Positions 18,431-28,809 of a DNA stretch of 32,597 nt are shown one piece after another; within the stretch, counting starts at the first letter, position 1; every line of letters starts with the position of its first letter. The position numbers were made by a program, and so were the translations under genes. The DNA lies in NCBI GenBank assembly GCA_943356525.1, contig CALRFG010000001.1, positions 141,919-174,515 of the forward strand, written 5' to 3'. This DNA comes from Candidatus Nomurabacteria bacterium (GTDB taxonomy: Bacteria; Patescibacteriota; Minisyncoccia; Phycocordibacterales; CAIZLB01). Under the pieces are notes generated by a model. The model was not told the origin of the DNA and did not search any database. It saw only the letters and a program-made list of their open reading frames with translations.

Positions 18431-18769
18431 TTAAATAACCCTAAAAATCTCCTGTCTATGTTTCTCACCTCTATCTATTTCAAAAGACAGGAAAGGTAAC
18501 ATGCCTACTCTTGTCTTCTTTTTTATATCATTACGTATATCTGTCACATTTCTTGTTAAAAAGTCTATAACGGCGTTTTCTTGACTCTCAGGCAATACAG
18601 AAACACGTATCACAGTGTTATTGCTATGATCCGCTTGGACTATGGAAGTGATAGTTATAAGTGACTGTCCACCAGAATTTTTGGATATATATTCATCTAT
18701 AACTTTTCTTATCACTGATTCTGACCTACCTCGACTTACTTGTTTATCTCTTGGGTTATTGTTTTTCAT
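18431..18769 (-). CDS. rbfA: Ribosome-binding factor A (divergent)
   Basis: 112 aa directly downstream of infB; LITITS..., ...P.LSFEID pattern of RbfA. Confidence 0.85.
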   Translation of the reverse strand: MKNNNPRDKQVSRGRSESVIRKVIDEYISKNSGGQSLITITSIVQADHSNNTVIRVSVLPESQENAVIDFLTRNVTDIRNDIKKKTRVGMLPFLSFEIDRGEKHRQEIFRVI

Positions 18770-18784
18770 ATTTGTATTATTTTA

Positions 18785-21031
18785 TTATTTTTCTACTACA
18801 GAGAAAGCTTGTATGATGTCTCCCATAACTATCTCTATTTTAGCTTCGACCATAAGACCACACTCTGTATCTACCTCTACTGATTTTACTTGTGAACGAG
18901 CATGTTGAAGTTCAACTATCTCACCACGACCGATTTCATTTTCACGTCTCATGATCTTAACTTTGTCACCTAAGTTTATACGACCTGAAACAACCAAACC
19001 TCCAAGAACTTGTTTTGTTTTATTTGCATTGAAAATTTTAAGAACTTTAAGACTACCATGACTTTCTTCTTCAAGTATCTTTGGCGCTTTTGATCTAGCC
19101 TCATTCTCTAACCATTCTGAAAGTTTGTATATTATATCAAATGTCTCTATTTTTAGATTTAGTTGATTGGCTAAGTTTTTGGCAACATTGTCAACTTTAG
19201 TATTGTATCCAACTATTACAGAATCTTTAGACCCTTGTGCTAGTTTTACATCGTTCTCGTTTATATCTCCTGTCTCAGCTCTAACTATACGTAGCTCTAT
19301 GTTATCGAACTTTATCTTAGCTATCTCTTGCTTAACAGCATCAAGTGTTCCAACGGTATCAGTTTTTAGAACAATAGGTAATGTCCAATTATTATCAACC
19401 TCAAGACCATATAGTGCTCTGATATTTGCAGGTATTTTTGTTATAACTTTTTCTTTATTTTCAGCCTCTTTTATCTCATTTTCCAACGCTATCATTTTCT
19501 TTTGTTCTGTAGCCAATAGCTCAGCGGTATCTTTATCTTCACACATAATACATATGTCTCCAACTCGTGGTGTTTCTACCCAGCCTACAAGTCTCACAGG
19601 TTGTCCTGGTTCAAAGCTCTTTTGAGGTTTACCTTCAAAATTTTCTATAATGCGCACTGGGGATATAGCTCCACCTGAAACTATAAACGATCCTACTTTA
19701 AGTGTTCCGTTTTTAACTATCATTGTTGCATGTATTCCTCTTATCTTATCTCTACCGGACTCGATAACTATACATTCAGCAGGAACATCATAAGCTGCTT
19801 TTATATCAGCAACATCAGACATAAGTATTATCATATCAAGAAGATCATTTACACCATCACCAGTTTTTCCTGAGAAGGGTATAAAAGAAATGTCACCTCC
19901 ATAACCCTCTACAAAGATACCGTTTTCCGCCAATGATTGTTTTGTCTTTTCTATATCAGCACCTACTTTGTCCATCTTTGATACTCCTATGAAAAAGGGT
20001 ACATTGGCGTCAGTTATTGATTTTAAAGCATCAAGAGTTTGAGGTTTAACACCGTCTTCCGCTGAGACAATAAGTATAGCTATGTCAGCTGATCTAGCAC
20101 CTCTGTCTCGCATAGTAGTGAATGACTCATGTCCCGGTGTATCTAGAAATGTTATTTTTCCATCATTGTGATTTATCTCATAAGCTGACATCTTTTGTGT
20201 TATACCACCAACTTCGCGCTCAGCTGTATTTGCTTTTCTTATATAGTCCAAAAGAGTTGACTTACCATGATCAACATGACCCATGATTATAACTACAGGA
20301 TTTTTTTGTCTTATATCTAAACCATCGAGTATTTGTATAGTTTTAACAAGGTTACTTGATTTTCCACTTATACGTGTTTTAAGTGTCGGAGCTTGTTTAA
20401 CTTTTTTAACTCTAGGTCTTTTATAATACGGAACATATTCTGTTCTAGGTGCTTCTCTTGATGAATCTTTTTTTACAAATCTATTGTTTACCGCAGGTCT
20501 TGCTGTTGAGGTTGTATCTTTGCTTTTATTTATAAAAGTTTTTGCAAAAGCTATACCTCTTTCCTCTATCTTTTTCTTTTCATCTTCTTTCTTTTGTATC
20601 TCAGCTTTTTCTTCTTTTGTTATTACTTTGGATTTAAACATTGTAGGTGAATGTTTAACCTGATGTTTTTCAACTACTTCATTTTTTGTATCAGTGCTAG
20701 TATCTTCAACTTTTTTATCTTCAGTTTTTATACTTACTATCTTATTTTTATTCTCATAAAATTTAGAAGCATTTTCAAACCAACTATTTTGATCTTCGAC
20801 TTTAACATTTTTCTTATCCTCAGTTTCTTTACTCACAGCAAAGGTTCTAGAACTTGCTCTAGGTACTATAGTCACAGCTTCTTTTGTGACAGTTTTTTTA
20901 GCTCTACTTTTAGTTGTTTTTTCCTCCTCTTTCTTGTCCTCTAGTTTGTCATCACTGAAAATACTTCCGAAAGCGTTACCGAAAGCTCCTCCAAATGCGC
21001 TATCGTCGTTTTGATTTTTATCACTTATCAT
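18785..21031 (-). CDS. infB: Translation initiation factor IF-2
   Basis: [31 protein letters not shown] and ECG motifs; charged low-complexity N-terminus. Confidence 0.99.
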   Translation of the reverse strand: MISDKNQNDDSAFGGAFGNAFGSIFSDDKLEDKKEEEKTTKSRAKKTVTKEAVTIVPRASSRTFAVSKETEDKKNVKVEDQNSWFENASKFYENKNKIVSIKTEDKKVEDTSTDTKNEVVEKHQVKHSPTMFKSKVITKEEKAEIQKKEDEKKKIEERGIAFAKTFINKSKDTTSTARPAVNNRFVKKDSSREAPRTEYVPYYKRPRVKKVKQAPTLKTRISGKSSNLVKTIQILDGLDIRQKNPVVIIMGHVDHGKSTLLDYIRKANTAEREVGGITQKMSAYEINHNDGKITFLDTPGHESFTTMRDRGARSADIAILIVSAEDGVKPQTLDALKSITDANVPFFIGVSKMDKVGADIEKTKQSLAENGIFVEGYGGDISFIPFSGKTGDGVNDLLDMIILMSDVADIKAAYDVPAECIVIESGRDKIRGIHATMIVKNGTLKVGSFIVSGGAISPVRIIENFEGKPQKSFEPGQPVRLVGWVETPRVGDICIMCEDKDTAELLATEQKKMIALENEIKEAENKEKVITKIPANIRALYGLEVDNNWTLPIVLKTDTVGTLDAVKQEIAKIKFDNIELRIVRAETGDINENDVKLAQGSKDSVIVGYNTKVDNVAKNLANQLNLKIETFDIIYKLSEWLENEARSKAPKILEEESHGSLKVLKIFNANKTKQVLGGLVVSGRINLGDKVKIMRRENEIGRGEIVELQHARSQVKSVEVDTECGLMVEAKIEIVMGDIIQAFSVVEK

Positions 21032-21078
21032 AGTATATTAAATATACACTTTTTTAAGAAAAATACAATATTATCAAT

Positions 21079-22314
21079 ATGTTTTCACGTTTTATCAAAT
21101 TTACAAAAAAACAGCACCAATCAAAGGGTCATATGAAAAAATACTTCGATTATGCGTCTCAGACCCCAACTGACAGCAGGGTTTTGAAAGTGGTACAAAA
21201 TGCCTCAAGTAAACTATTTTACAATCCCGGAGCTTTGTATTCAAATGGAGTTATTTCGAGTAAAATCTTGAAAGATTCAAGAAATAAGATAGCAAGTGTA
21301 TTATCTGATAAGTCTTTAAATTCAGTTCATCCCAATGAGATTATTTTTACTAGTGGCGGGACAGAATCAAATAATATTGCCATACAAGGTGTGGTTGATA
21401 AATGGTATGAAAATAAAAATTACGAGTATTCAGAAAAACCACATATCATTATTTCTGAGATAGAACATCCTGCAATATACAATGTTGTTGAAAGTTTAAA
21501 AAAGCAAAACAAAATAACATTTTCAAAAATAAAAATAAATAATGACGGTTTGATTGACTTACAAAATTTAAAAGACCAACTATTGGAAAATAAAAATACC
21601 ATACTTGTATCTATTATATTGGTTAATAATGAGATAGGATCTATACAACCGATACGAGATATTGCTTCAATTGTGAGAAAAGCTCGTGGAAGCGGGTTAT
21701 ATCCATTATTGCAAAGCGATGCTTGTCAGGCTGTAAACTACCTAGCTATGCCTTTTGATAGAATGGGAGTGGACTTAGTTTCTTATGATGCCTCAAAGTT
21801 CTATGGTCCTAAAGCTATTGGTTTTTTGTATATAAAAAGAAACACTCCAATAAATCCAGTTTATTTTGGTGGGGATCAAGAGTACGGCATGAGACCTGGA
21901 ACAGAAAACTTACCTGCTATAGTTGGGATGGTAAAGGCTTTAGAAATAATTTTTCAAGAAAAAGAAAAAGAAATAAAAAGATTATATAAATTACAACAAT
22001 ATATATTTTCAAAAATAGAAAAAATGAAAAATGTCACAATAAACGGTTCGACACTTCAAGAAAAAAGAATAGTAAATAATATAAATATTTGTTTTCCAGG
22101 AAATGATTCGGAGTTTTTACTTTTCAAAATGGATAAACTCGGATATGAGGTTTCTACAGGTACGACGTGCCAAAATAAAAAAGAAGATAGCAGATCTATA
22201 TCTGTTCAAGCTTTGGGGGGAGATTGTGCAGGATCGAGTCTGAGGATAAGTTTTGGAAGATTTACAACTATGGGTCAGGTAAGGGGGCTGGTCAGTGCTA
22301 TTTCAAAGATATAG
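21079..22314 (+). CDS. iscS: Cysteine desulfurase (NifS/IscS group I)
   Basis: YFDYASQTP, IIFTSGGTESNN, IEHP, NNEIG, KFYGPK (PLP Lys), RPGTEN and STGTTC (catalytic Cys). An alternative start at 21133 is possible. Confidence 0.93.
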   Translation: MFSRFIKFTKKQHQSKGHMKKYFDYASQTPTDSRVLKVVQNASSKLFYNPGALYSNGVISSKILKDSRNKIASVLSDKSLNSVHPNEIIFTSGGTESNNIAIQGVVDKWYENKNYEYSEKPHIIISEIEHPAIYNVVESLKKQNKITFSKIKINNDGLIDLQNLKDQLLENKNTILVSIILVNNEIGSIQPIRDIASIVRKARGSGLYPLLQSDACQAVNYLAMPFDRMGVDLVSYDASKFYGPKAIGFLYIKRNTPINPVYFGGDQEYGMRPGTENLPAIVGMVKALEIIFQEKEKEIKRLYKLQQYIFSKIEKMKNVTINGSTLQEKRIVNNINICFPGNDSEFLLFKMDKLGYEVSTGTTCQNKKEDSRSISVQALGGDCAGSSLRISFGRFTTMGQVRGLVSAISKI

Positions 22315-22330
22315 ACAGATGTGCTAAACT
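22302..22330 (+). promoter_or_regulatory. Promoter for thrS (leaderless candidate)
   Basis: TTCAAA-N17-TAAACT with extended TG (TGCTAAACT), 7 nt before the ATG at 22338. Confidence 0.55.
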
Positions 22331-22337
22331 TCACTTT

Positions 22338-24113
22338 ATGCAAACATCATTAGAAAATAAAAGACATTCCTTGGCCCATGTATTAGCCGGAGCCATACTT
22401 AAGCTTTTTCCCGATGCTTTAATGACGATTGGTCCTGCGGTTGAAAATGGTTTTTATTATGATATTGATTTTCCTTCAAATTCTCCTAAAGAAGAGGACT
22501 TTACAAAAATCCAAGATGAGATGAATAATGTTTTGAAAGCCTGGGCAGAACAAGAAAAAAGTTTTATTCAACAAAAAGTTTCAGAATCTGAGGCGAAAGA
22601 ATTTTTCAAAAATAATCCATATAAACTAGAACTTATACAAGGTGTAGTGGAGAGAGGTGAAGAGATAACTTTGTATGTGTCAGGAAAAGGAACTAAATAT
22701 GAGTTTACTGATCTTTGTCGTGGAGGTCATGTTGAAAATACTTCAGAGATAGATGAAGGGTCTTTTATGCTAGATAAGATTGCCGGGGCGTACTGGAGAG
22801 GAGATGAGAAAAATAAAATGCTTGTGCGTATATATGGTTTGGCTTTTGAGACAGGAGAAGAGTTGGATTTATTTATTCACAATCGTGAGGAGGCTAAGAA
22901 AAGGGATCATAGAAAGTTGGGAAAAGAATTGAAACTTTTTACTATCTCAGATCTAGTTGGTTCAGGTCTACCTTTATTTCAACCAAAAGGTGCAGTGCTA
23001 AGATATGAATTGGAAAAATATTTGTGGTCTCTTCATAAAGATAAAGGTTATCAAAGAGTTTGGACACCTCATCTTGCTAAAGCAGAACTTTATCATACCT
23101 CAGGTCATGGGCAACATTATCTTGATGATATGTTTTCGGTACATGGCGGAACTTCAAAGGAAGATTTTTATTTAAAACCCATGAATTGTCCTCATCACAT
23201 GCAACTGTTTGCTGACAATCAATTTTCATATCGTGATATGCCTGTAAAATATTTCGAACCAGGTACTGTGTATCGTGATGAAAAAACAGGGCAACTTTCA
23301 GGATTAACTCGTGTTCGTGCTCTTACCCAAGATGATGGACATTTATTTTGTCGTACAACTCAGATCAAGGAAGAGGTAAATATTATTGTAAATATAATAA
23401 AAGAATTTTATACAACAATGGGTATGATGGATGGATATTGGGTTAGACTTTCTCTTCGTGGTGATGATAAATCAAACTACCTTGGATCTGATGAAGTATG
23501 GGAGACTGCTGAGAAAGCTTTAACAGATATTTGCAATGAAAACAGTTTAAATTATAAACCTGAAAAAGGTGAGGCTGCTTTTTACGGTCCAAAGTTAGAC
23601 TTTATGTTTAAGGATGCAATAGGTCGTGAGTGGCAGTTAGCAACTGTTCAACTCGATTTTAACCTACCAGAACGGTTCAATCTTTCATATGTCAATGAAA
23701 AAGGTGAGGACGAAAGACCTGTTGTTATACATCGCGCCATCTCTGGTTCTATAGAGAGATTTTTAGGTGTTGCCATAGAACATTTTGCTGGAGCGTTTCC
23801 ACTTTGGCTTTCACCAATTCAATTGAAGATTGTTCCAATAGGTGAGAGACAATTAGATTTTGCACATGATTTATTTAAGAAAATAATCAAGACTGATATA
23901 CGAGTTGAGATTGACCAAAGCAACGAGGGGCTTGGTAAAAAAGTTCGTGCTGCAAAAGTTGATAAGATACCATACTTGGTTGTTGTAGGAGATAAAGAGA
24001 TAGAGTCAAATACTTTTTCATTAGAAGGGAGAGGAGATGAGAAAGTAACAGGTTTGAGTTTTGAGGAGATGATAAAGTTTTTGCAAGATAAAATACAGAG
24101 TAAAAGTTTGTAA
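22338..24113 (+). CDS. thrS: Threonyl-tRNA synthetase (no N-terminal TGS domain)
   Basis: RHSLAH, DLCRGGH, GAYWRGD, RDHRKLG, LKPMNCP, FYGPKLD and IHRA motifs. Start moved to ATG 22338 to avoid a 91-nt overlap with iscS. Confidence 0.98.
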   Translation: MQTSLENKRHSLAHVLAGAILKLFPDALMTIGPAVENGFYYDIDFPSNSPKEEDFTKIQDEMNNVLKAWAEQEKSFIQQKVSESEAKEFFKNNPYKLELIQGVVERGEEITLYVSGKGTKYEFTDLCRGGHVENTSEIDEGSFMLDKIAGAYWRGDEKNKMLVRIYGLAFETGEELDLFIHNREEAKKRDHRKLGKELKLFTISDLVGSGLPLFQPKGAVLRYELEKYLWSLHKDKGYQRVWTPHLAKAELYHTSGHGQHYLDDMFSVHGGTSKEDFYLKPMNCPHHMQLFADNQFSYRDMPVKYFEPGTVYRDEKTGQLSGLTRVRALTQDDGHLFCRTTQIKEEVNIIVNIIKEFYTTMGMMDGYWVRLSLRGDDKSNYLGSDEVWETAEKALTDICNENSLNYKPEKGEAAFYGPKLDFMFKDAIGREWQLATVQLDFNLPERFNLSYVNEKGEDERPVVIHRAISGSIERFLGVAIEHFAGAFPLWLSPIQLKIVPIGERQLDFAHDLFKKIIKTDIRVEIDQSNEGLGKKVRAAKVDKIPYLVVVGDKEIESNTFSLEGRGDEKVTGLSFEEMIKFLQDKIQSKSL

Positions 24114-24115
24114 TA

Positions 24116-24790
24116 ATGAAAACCTATTCTATAATCGGTAATAATTCAGAAGAAATAGATAAAATTTTTCAAGAAAAAGAGTATCTCAGAGATGATGTAA
24201 ATCCAGAATTTGTCATCTCATATGGAGGTGATGGTACACTTTTGAAAAGTGAACATAAATATCCCAGTATACCAAAACTATTTTTAAGAAATAGTCTCAT
24301 TGGCAATCTTGGTTTTCGTGATTCAAATGAAATTATTTTAGAAAAATTTTTTGCAAATTTATTAATAATAAAAAAATATTTTAAAATTGAAGCTGAAATA
24401 AAAGGTAGAAAAATAATCGCAGTGAATGAATTTTCTCTAAAAAATAAAAACCCAAGACACAGTATACGTTTTGATGTTTACATAAATGATAAGAAAATTT
24501 TGAATCACATTATCGGGGATGGGCTTATGGCTTCAACTCCGATCGGTTCGACAGGGTATTATCGATCGATAACAAGGTCAACTTTTGAGTTAGGAATAGG
24601 TATAGCTTTTAACAATACAACAGAGCAATATAATCACATGGTCTTGAAAGAGGATTCTATCATCAAGGTTGTTATTTTACGTGGTCCAGCTTTTTGTTAT
24701 GTTGATAATCATGAAGAAGAGATTGTTATAGAGGAAGGTGATGAGATTTGTATTAAAAAGTCTGAGGATTTTTTACATATGTTTGCATAA
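24116..24790 (+). CDS. nadK: NAD kinase
   Basis: GGDGT, GNLGF, NE and GDGLMASTPIGSTGY motifs. Confidence 0.92.
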   Translation: MKTYSIIGNNSEEIDKIFQEKEYLRDDVNPEFVISYGGDGTLLKSEHKYPSIPKLFLRNSLIGNLGFRDSNEIILEKFFANLLIIKKYFKIEAEIKGRKIIAVNEFSLKNKNPRHSIRFDVYINDKKILNHIIGDGLMASTPIGSTGYYRSITRSTFELGIGIAFNNTTEQYNHMVLKEDSIIKVVILRGPAFCYVDNHEEEIVIEEGDEICIKKSEDFLHMFA

Positions 24791-24820
24791 GATAAGTCAA
24801 TAAACCCCGCTTGACATATA

Positions 24821-24829
24821 TGCTATACT
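24821..24829 (+). promoter_or_regulatory. Extended -10 promoter for clpB (leaderless candidate)
   Basis: TGCTATACT ending 7 nt before the ATG at 24837. Confidence 0.6.
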
Positions 24830-24836
24830 CTTTCAT

Positions 24837-27572
24837 ATGCCACCATTAAACAACTTTACTACACGTGCCAAAGAGGCTATACGCCGTGCACATGAACTTG
24901 CTATCGAAAGGGGGCAAACCAACGTTTCGCCTATGCATTTACTCGTTTCTTTACTAACTCAGGAAGATTCTGTGGTTATTTCATTACTTGAAAAGATGGA
25001 TGTTGACTATATATTAATGACTGATAACGCTTTTGAAGCCATAGATGGAGATTCAACTATTTCAAATACTTTGTCACCTGCTTATCAGCTTTTTCTTACT
25101 CCAGAGCTTATAGCTCTTATGGAAAATTCTGGAAAAGTCGCAACCGAGATAAAAGACAACTTCGTATCAGTTGAACATCTTTTTACTGCACTTTTTGATA
25201 GTATGACTCCTGCTCGTGAGCTTATAGAAAAGTTTAAGATAGATAAAGAAAAATGTATATCAACTTTAGAATTTTTAAGATCACAAAAAGATGCAAAAGG
25301 TGTAGAGGGAAATACTGATGCAAAAAAATCTAAAGCACTTGCCAAATTTACTCGCAATTTAACAGCACTTGCTCGAGATAATAAACTAGATCCTGTTATA
25401 GGACGTGACTCTGAGATCGCTCGTGTCATACAGATACTTTCTCGTCGTACAAAAAATAATCCAATACTTCTAGGTGAAGCTGGGGTTGGAAAGACTGCTA
25501 TAGTTGAAGGCCTTGCAAACCGCATCGCTATGGGTGATGTCCCAGAGTCACTGAAAAACAAAGAATTACTTTCACTTGATATGGGATCGCTGGTCGCTGG
25601 TACAAAATATCGAGGTGAATTTGAAGATAGATTAAAAAATATATTGAAAGAGATAGAAAAATCAGACGGAAAAGTTATTTTATTTATGGACGAAACGCAT
25701 ACTATAGTTGGAGCAGGAGGTGCTGAAGGATCACTAGATGCATCAAACATGTTAAAGCCTGCCCTTGCTCGCGGAGAGTTAAAGGCTATAGGTGCAACAA
25801 CACTTCGTGAATATCAAAAGCATATTGAAAAAGATCCAGCTTTGCAAAGACGTTTTCAACCTGTATACGTTGAAGAGCCTTCTATTGAAGATGCCACCGC
25901 AATACTTCGCGGTCTTAAAGAAAAATATGAACTATTTCACGGTGTTCGTATACTTGATGAAGCTATAGTTGCTGCGGTCTCTCTATCATCTCGATATATA
26001 CCAGATAGACAATTGCCAGATAAAGCGGTTGACCTTATAGACGAGGCTGCCTCTACTCTAAAGATTTCTTTGGAAAATAAACCACAAGTTATAGAAGATG
26101 CACACAGAAAGATACTTCGTCTTGAGATTGAGAAACAAGCCCTTTCAAAAGATCCGGAAAATAAAGATATAAAAACTCGTATTAAAGGTATAGAAAATAA
26201 TATAAAAGAAATTAAAGATTCTGTATCAGATGTTGAAGGAAAGTGGAATATTGAAAAAGAGTTGATAACAGCTATTAAGGATTTAAAGAAAAATATAGAA
26301 ACATTAACTCAAGAGTCTAACAAAGCAGAAGCAAAAGCCGATCTTATAAAAGCCGCTGAGATTCGTTATGGAAAATTACCTATCATGCATTCTGATCTTG
26401 AAAATAAAATCAAGAAACTTCGAAAACTAGATACAACAAAAAGAGTGCTTAAAGAAGAGATAAACGAAGCTGACATTGCCTCTGTTGTTTCTTCATGGAC
26501 TGGCATACCTGTGTCACGCATGTTGGAAGAAGAGATCAAAAAACTTTCCAAGTTGGAAGAAGTTCTTAAGGCAGAAGTTATAGGACAAGACGATGCTGTT
26601 AAGAAGATATCAGATACTATAAAAAGATCTCGTATGGGTATACATGATCCGTCCCGTCCACTAGGTTCATTCATATTCTTGGGTCCAACAGGTGTTGGTA
26701 AAACAGAGCTTACAAAATCTCTTGCCAAGTTTATGTTCAATGATGATAAGGCTTTGATACGCGTAGATATGTCAGAATTTGCTGAGCGTCATACAGTTTC
26801 AAAACTTATCGGTGCACCTCCAGGTTATGTAGGACATGAAGACTCAGGTACACTTATAGATAAAGTTAAACACAGACCTTATTCAGTTATACTTTTTGAT
26901 GAGATAGAAAAAGCTCATCCGGAAATATTTAACATACTACTTCAAGTGCTAGACAACGGTCGTTTAACTGATTCAAAAGGAAAAACTGTAAACTTCAAAA
27001 ATACTATTATTATCATGACATCAAATATTGGTGCTCAATTTATCGATAAGATGCAAAGTATTGGTTTTTCTTCAGCTGATAATGATGCCGATGTGTATGC
27101 AGGTGTTAAAGATAAAGTAATGTCATCTTTGAAAGATTATTTTAAACCTGAGTTTTTGAACAGACTTGATGAGATTATATTATTCGATGTATTGTCACAT
27201 AATTCTATTAGAAAAATTGTCGACATAGAAGTTAAAAAAGTTCAAACAAGACTTTTGGAAAAAGGTATACATCTAGTTTTCAAAGATGCGGTTTATGAGT
27301 TGTTGGCTAAGGAAGGGTATAACCCACAATACGGTGCACGTCCTTTGAGACGACTTATTCAAAGTAAAGTTTTGACACCACTTGCATCTATGATGATAGA
27401 TAAAGGTTTGATTGCTAATAGACAAGTTATTATTGATGTTGATAAACAAGGAGAGTTGAGTTTTGAGGATAAGGCTTTGGTTAGTGTTCGTGAGGTTAAG
27501 GATGTAAAAGATGCGAAGGTTGAGAAAATCAAGAAAGTAGGAAAGAAAAAGAGTTTGGTGAATAAGAGATAG
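24837..27572 (+). CDS. clpB: Hsp100 AAA+ chaperone, ClpB-type middle domain plus ClpC/ClpA-type IGF loop
   Basis: N domain, NBD1 GEAGVGKT, long coiled coil ending [13 protein letters not shown]2 [24 protein letters not shown] and GARPLRR. Confidence 0.93.
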   Translation: MPPLNNFTTRAKEAIRRAHELAIERGQTNVSPMHLLVSLLTQEDSVVISLLEKMDVDYILMTDNAFEAIDGDSTISNTLSPAYQLFLTPELIALMENSGKVATEIKDNFVSVEHLFTALFDSMTPARELIEKFKIDKEKCISTLEFLRSQKDAKGVEGNTDAKKSKALAKFTRNLTALARDNKLDPVIGRDSEIARVIQILSRRTKNNPILLGEAGVGKTAIVEGLANRIAMGDVPESLKNKELLSLDMGSLVAGTKYRGEFEDRLKNILKEIEKSDGKVILFMDETHTIVGAGGAEGSLDASNMLKPALARGELKAIGATTLREYQKHIEKDPALQRRFQPVYVEEPSIEDATAILRGLKEKYELFHGVRILDEAIVAAVSLSSRYIPDRQLPDKAVDLIDEAASTLKISLENKPQVIEDAHRKILRLEIEKQALSKDPENKDIKTRIKGIENNIKEIKDSVSDVEGKWNIEKELITAIKDLKKNIETLTQESNKAEAKADLIKAAEIRYGKLPIMHSDLENKIKKLRKLDTTKRVLKEEINEADIASVVSSWTGIPVSRMLEEEIKKLSKLEEVLKAEVIGQDDAVKKISDTIKRSRMGIHDPSRPLGSFIFLGPTGVGKTELTKSLAKFMFNDDKALIRVDMSEFAERHTVSKLIGAPPGYVGHEDSGTLIDKVKHRPYSVILFDEIEKAHPEIFNILLQVLDNGRLTDSKGKTVNFKNTIIIMTSNIGAQFIDKMQSIGFSSADNDADVYAGVKDKVMSSLKDYFKPEFLNRLDEIILFDVLSHNSIRKIVDIEVKKVQTRLLEKGIHLVFKDAVYELLAKEGYNPQYGARPLRRLIQSKVLTPLASMMIDKGLIANRQVIIDVDKQGELSFEDKALVSVREVKDVKDAKVEKIKKVGKKKSLVNKR

Positions 27573-27582
27573 GTGGTGTGGC

Positions 27583-27612
27583 TTTAATTGTGGTGAATTC
27601 GCTGTAATTAAA
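27583..27612. repeat. Palindromic unit A (variant of the KilA-N internal palindrome)
   Basis: TTTAATTGTGGTGAATTCGCTGTAATTAAA; 11 Watson-Crick plus 4 G.T positions; would encode FNCGEFAVIK. Confidence 0.85.
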
Positions 27613-27628
27613 AATAGAGTGGTGTGGT

Positions 27629-27658
27629 TCTAATGTTATTGAATTCAATAACATTAGA
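27629..27658. repeat. Palindromic unit B
   Basis: TCTAATGTTATTGAATTCAATAACATTAGA, perfect 30-bp palindrome; would encode SNVIEFNNIR. Confidence 0.9.
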
Positions 27659-27704
27659 TATGTATTAAGTTTGTTATATATAATTATTAAAAAAATTTAA
27701 AACT

Positions 27705-27857
27705 ATGAAAAAAATAAATACAAAAACAAAAATGTTATTTAAGTTACCTGCTATAAATAATCAACATTTTTACAGAAAAATTAAAAACAAAATAGACCCA
27801 ACTCATAAAGATTATGATCCAAGGTTGCATTATTTAGTGGAAAAGCATTTAAATTAA
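27705..27857 (+). CDS. Small basic hypothetical protein, 50 aa
   Basis: MKKINTKTKMLFKLPAINNQHFYRKIKNKIDPTHKDYDPRLHYLVEKHLN*; A-rich start context; TATAAT at 27679-27684. Confidence 0.5.
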   Translation: MKKINTKTKMLFKLPAINNQHFYRKIKNKIDPTHKDYDPRLHYLVEKHLN

Positions 27858-27961
27858 GGTGTTTCTGGTTTTTGAATATATATCTTTACTTTACTAAGTC
27901 TTGTGCGTTTCTTTATCATTTCTTTATGAGAACTTTAACCTGATTTTGTTAAGGTTTAAGG

Positions 27962-28768
27962 ATGAAAAACATTAAAGTAAAAAATATAGATATATCAATA
28001 ATTTCAAAAGATAAAAATGAGTATATATCATTAACGGATATTATTAAAGCTAAAGATGGAGATTTCTTTATTTCTGATTGGCTTAGAAATAGGAATACTA
28101 TTGAATTCTTAGGTATCTGGGAACAATTAAATAACACAGATTTTAACTATGGCGAATTCGCCATAGTTAAAAGTTATGCCGGATTAAATAATTACAAATT
28201 AAGTGTTAAAGAATGGATCAAAAAGACCAATTCTATAGGATTACAAGCAGTCTCAGGTCGTTATAAGGGTGGAACATTTGCACATAAAGATATTGCCTTT
28301 GAATTTGCTATGTGGATTAGTCCTGAGTTCAAACTTTGTCTTATAAAAGAGTTTCAAAGATTAAAAGATGAAGAATCTTCAGATAGAAGATTAGAATGGA
28401 ATGTAAATAGATATTTAACCAAAATTAATTACAAAATCCACACAAACTCAGTAAAACAAAATATAATCATTCCAAATAAAATAAAAAACTCAAGCATTAT
28501 ATACGCCAACGAAGCAGATATTTTAAATATGGCATTATTTGGTATAACTGCAAAAGATTGGAAGTTGAATAATAAAGATTTAGAAGGGAATATGAGAGAC
28601 TATGCAGATGTTATTCAGTTAATATGTTTATCAAATCTAGAGGTCTTGAATAGTGAGTTTATAAAATCAGGACTCGGTCAAAAAGAAAGATTGATAAAGT
28701 TAAATGAAATAGCTATATCTCAGATTACTTTGTTGGTAAACAATAATACTATCAAGAAACTTATCTGA
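27962..28768 (+). CDS. KilA-N domain DNA-binding protein
   Basis: YISLTDI, WLRNRNTIEFLGIWE, GRYKGGTFAHKDIAFEFAMWISPEFKL.LIKEFQRLK and YANEADILN.ALFG.TAKDW, typical of the ~270-aa bacterial KilA-N family. Confidence 0.92.
   Translation: MKNIKVKNIDISIISKDKNEYISLTDIIKAKDGDFFISDWLRNRNTIEFLGIWEQLNNTDFNYGEFAIVKSYAGLNNYKLSVKEWIKKTNSIGLQAVSGRYKGGTFAHKDIAFEFAMWISPEFKLCLIKEFQRLKDEESSDRRLEWNVNRYLTKINYKIHTNSVKQNIIIPNKIKNSSIIYANEADILNMALFGITAKDWKLNNKDLEGNMRDYADVIQLICLSNLEVLNSEFIKSGLGQKERLIKLNEIAISQITLLVNNNTIKKLI
28141..28172. repeat. Palindromic unit C (in frame inside KilA-N, residues F61-K70)
   Basis: TTTTAACTATGGCGAATTCGCCATAGTTAAAA, perfect 32-bp palindrome encoding FNYGEFAIVK. Confidence 0.92.
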
Positions 28769-28769
28769 G

Positions 28770-28799
28770 TTTAAAGGCATCGAAATCGATGCCTTTAAC
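28770..28799. repeat. Palindromic unit D
   Basis: TTTAAAGGCATCGAAATCGATGCCTTTAAC; 13-bp perfect arms; would encode FKGIEIDAFN. Confidence 0.88.
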
Positions 28800-28809
28800 A
28801 ACTTGTTTA

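Noticed and set aside
18642-26740. Long antisense ORFs within rbfA/infB, iscS and clpB (e.g. 19167-19625, 25085-25750, 26366-26740)
   Set aside because: Antisense shadows expected from codon bias of conserved genes.
27573-27658. CRISPR array interpretation of the 46-nt-period repeats
   Set aside because: Only two degenerate units per flank, variation lies inside the palindrome rather than in spacers, and there are no cas genes.
27932-27960. Possible sixth palindromic unit CTTTAACCT...AGGTTTAAG before the KilA-N start
   Set aside because: Lacks the GAATTC centre and is shorter than the 30-bp frame; may be chance or promoter sequence.
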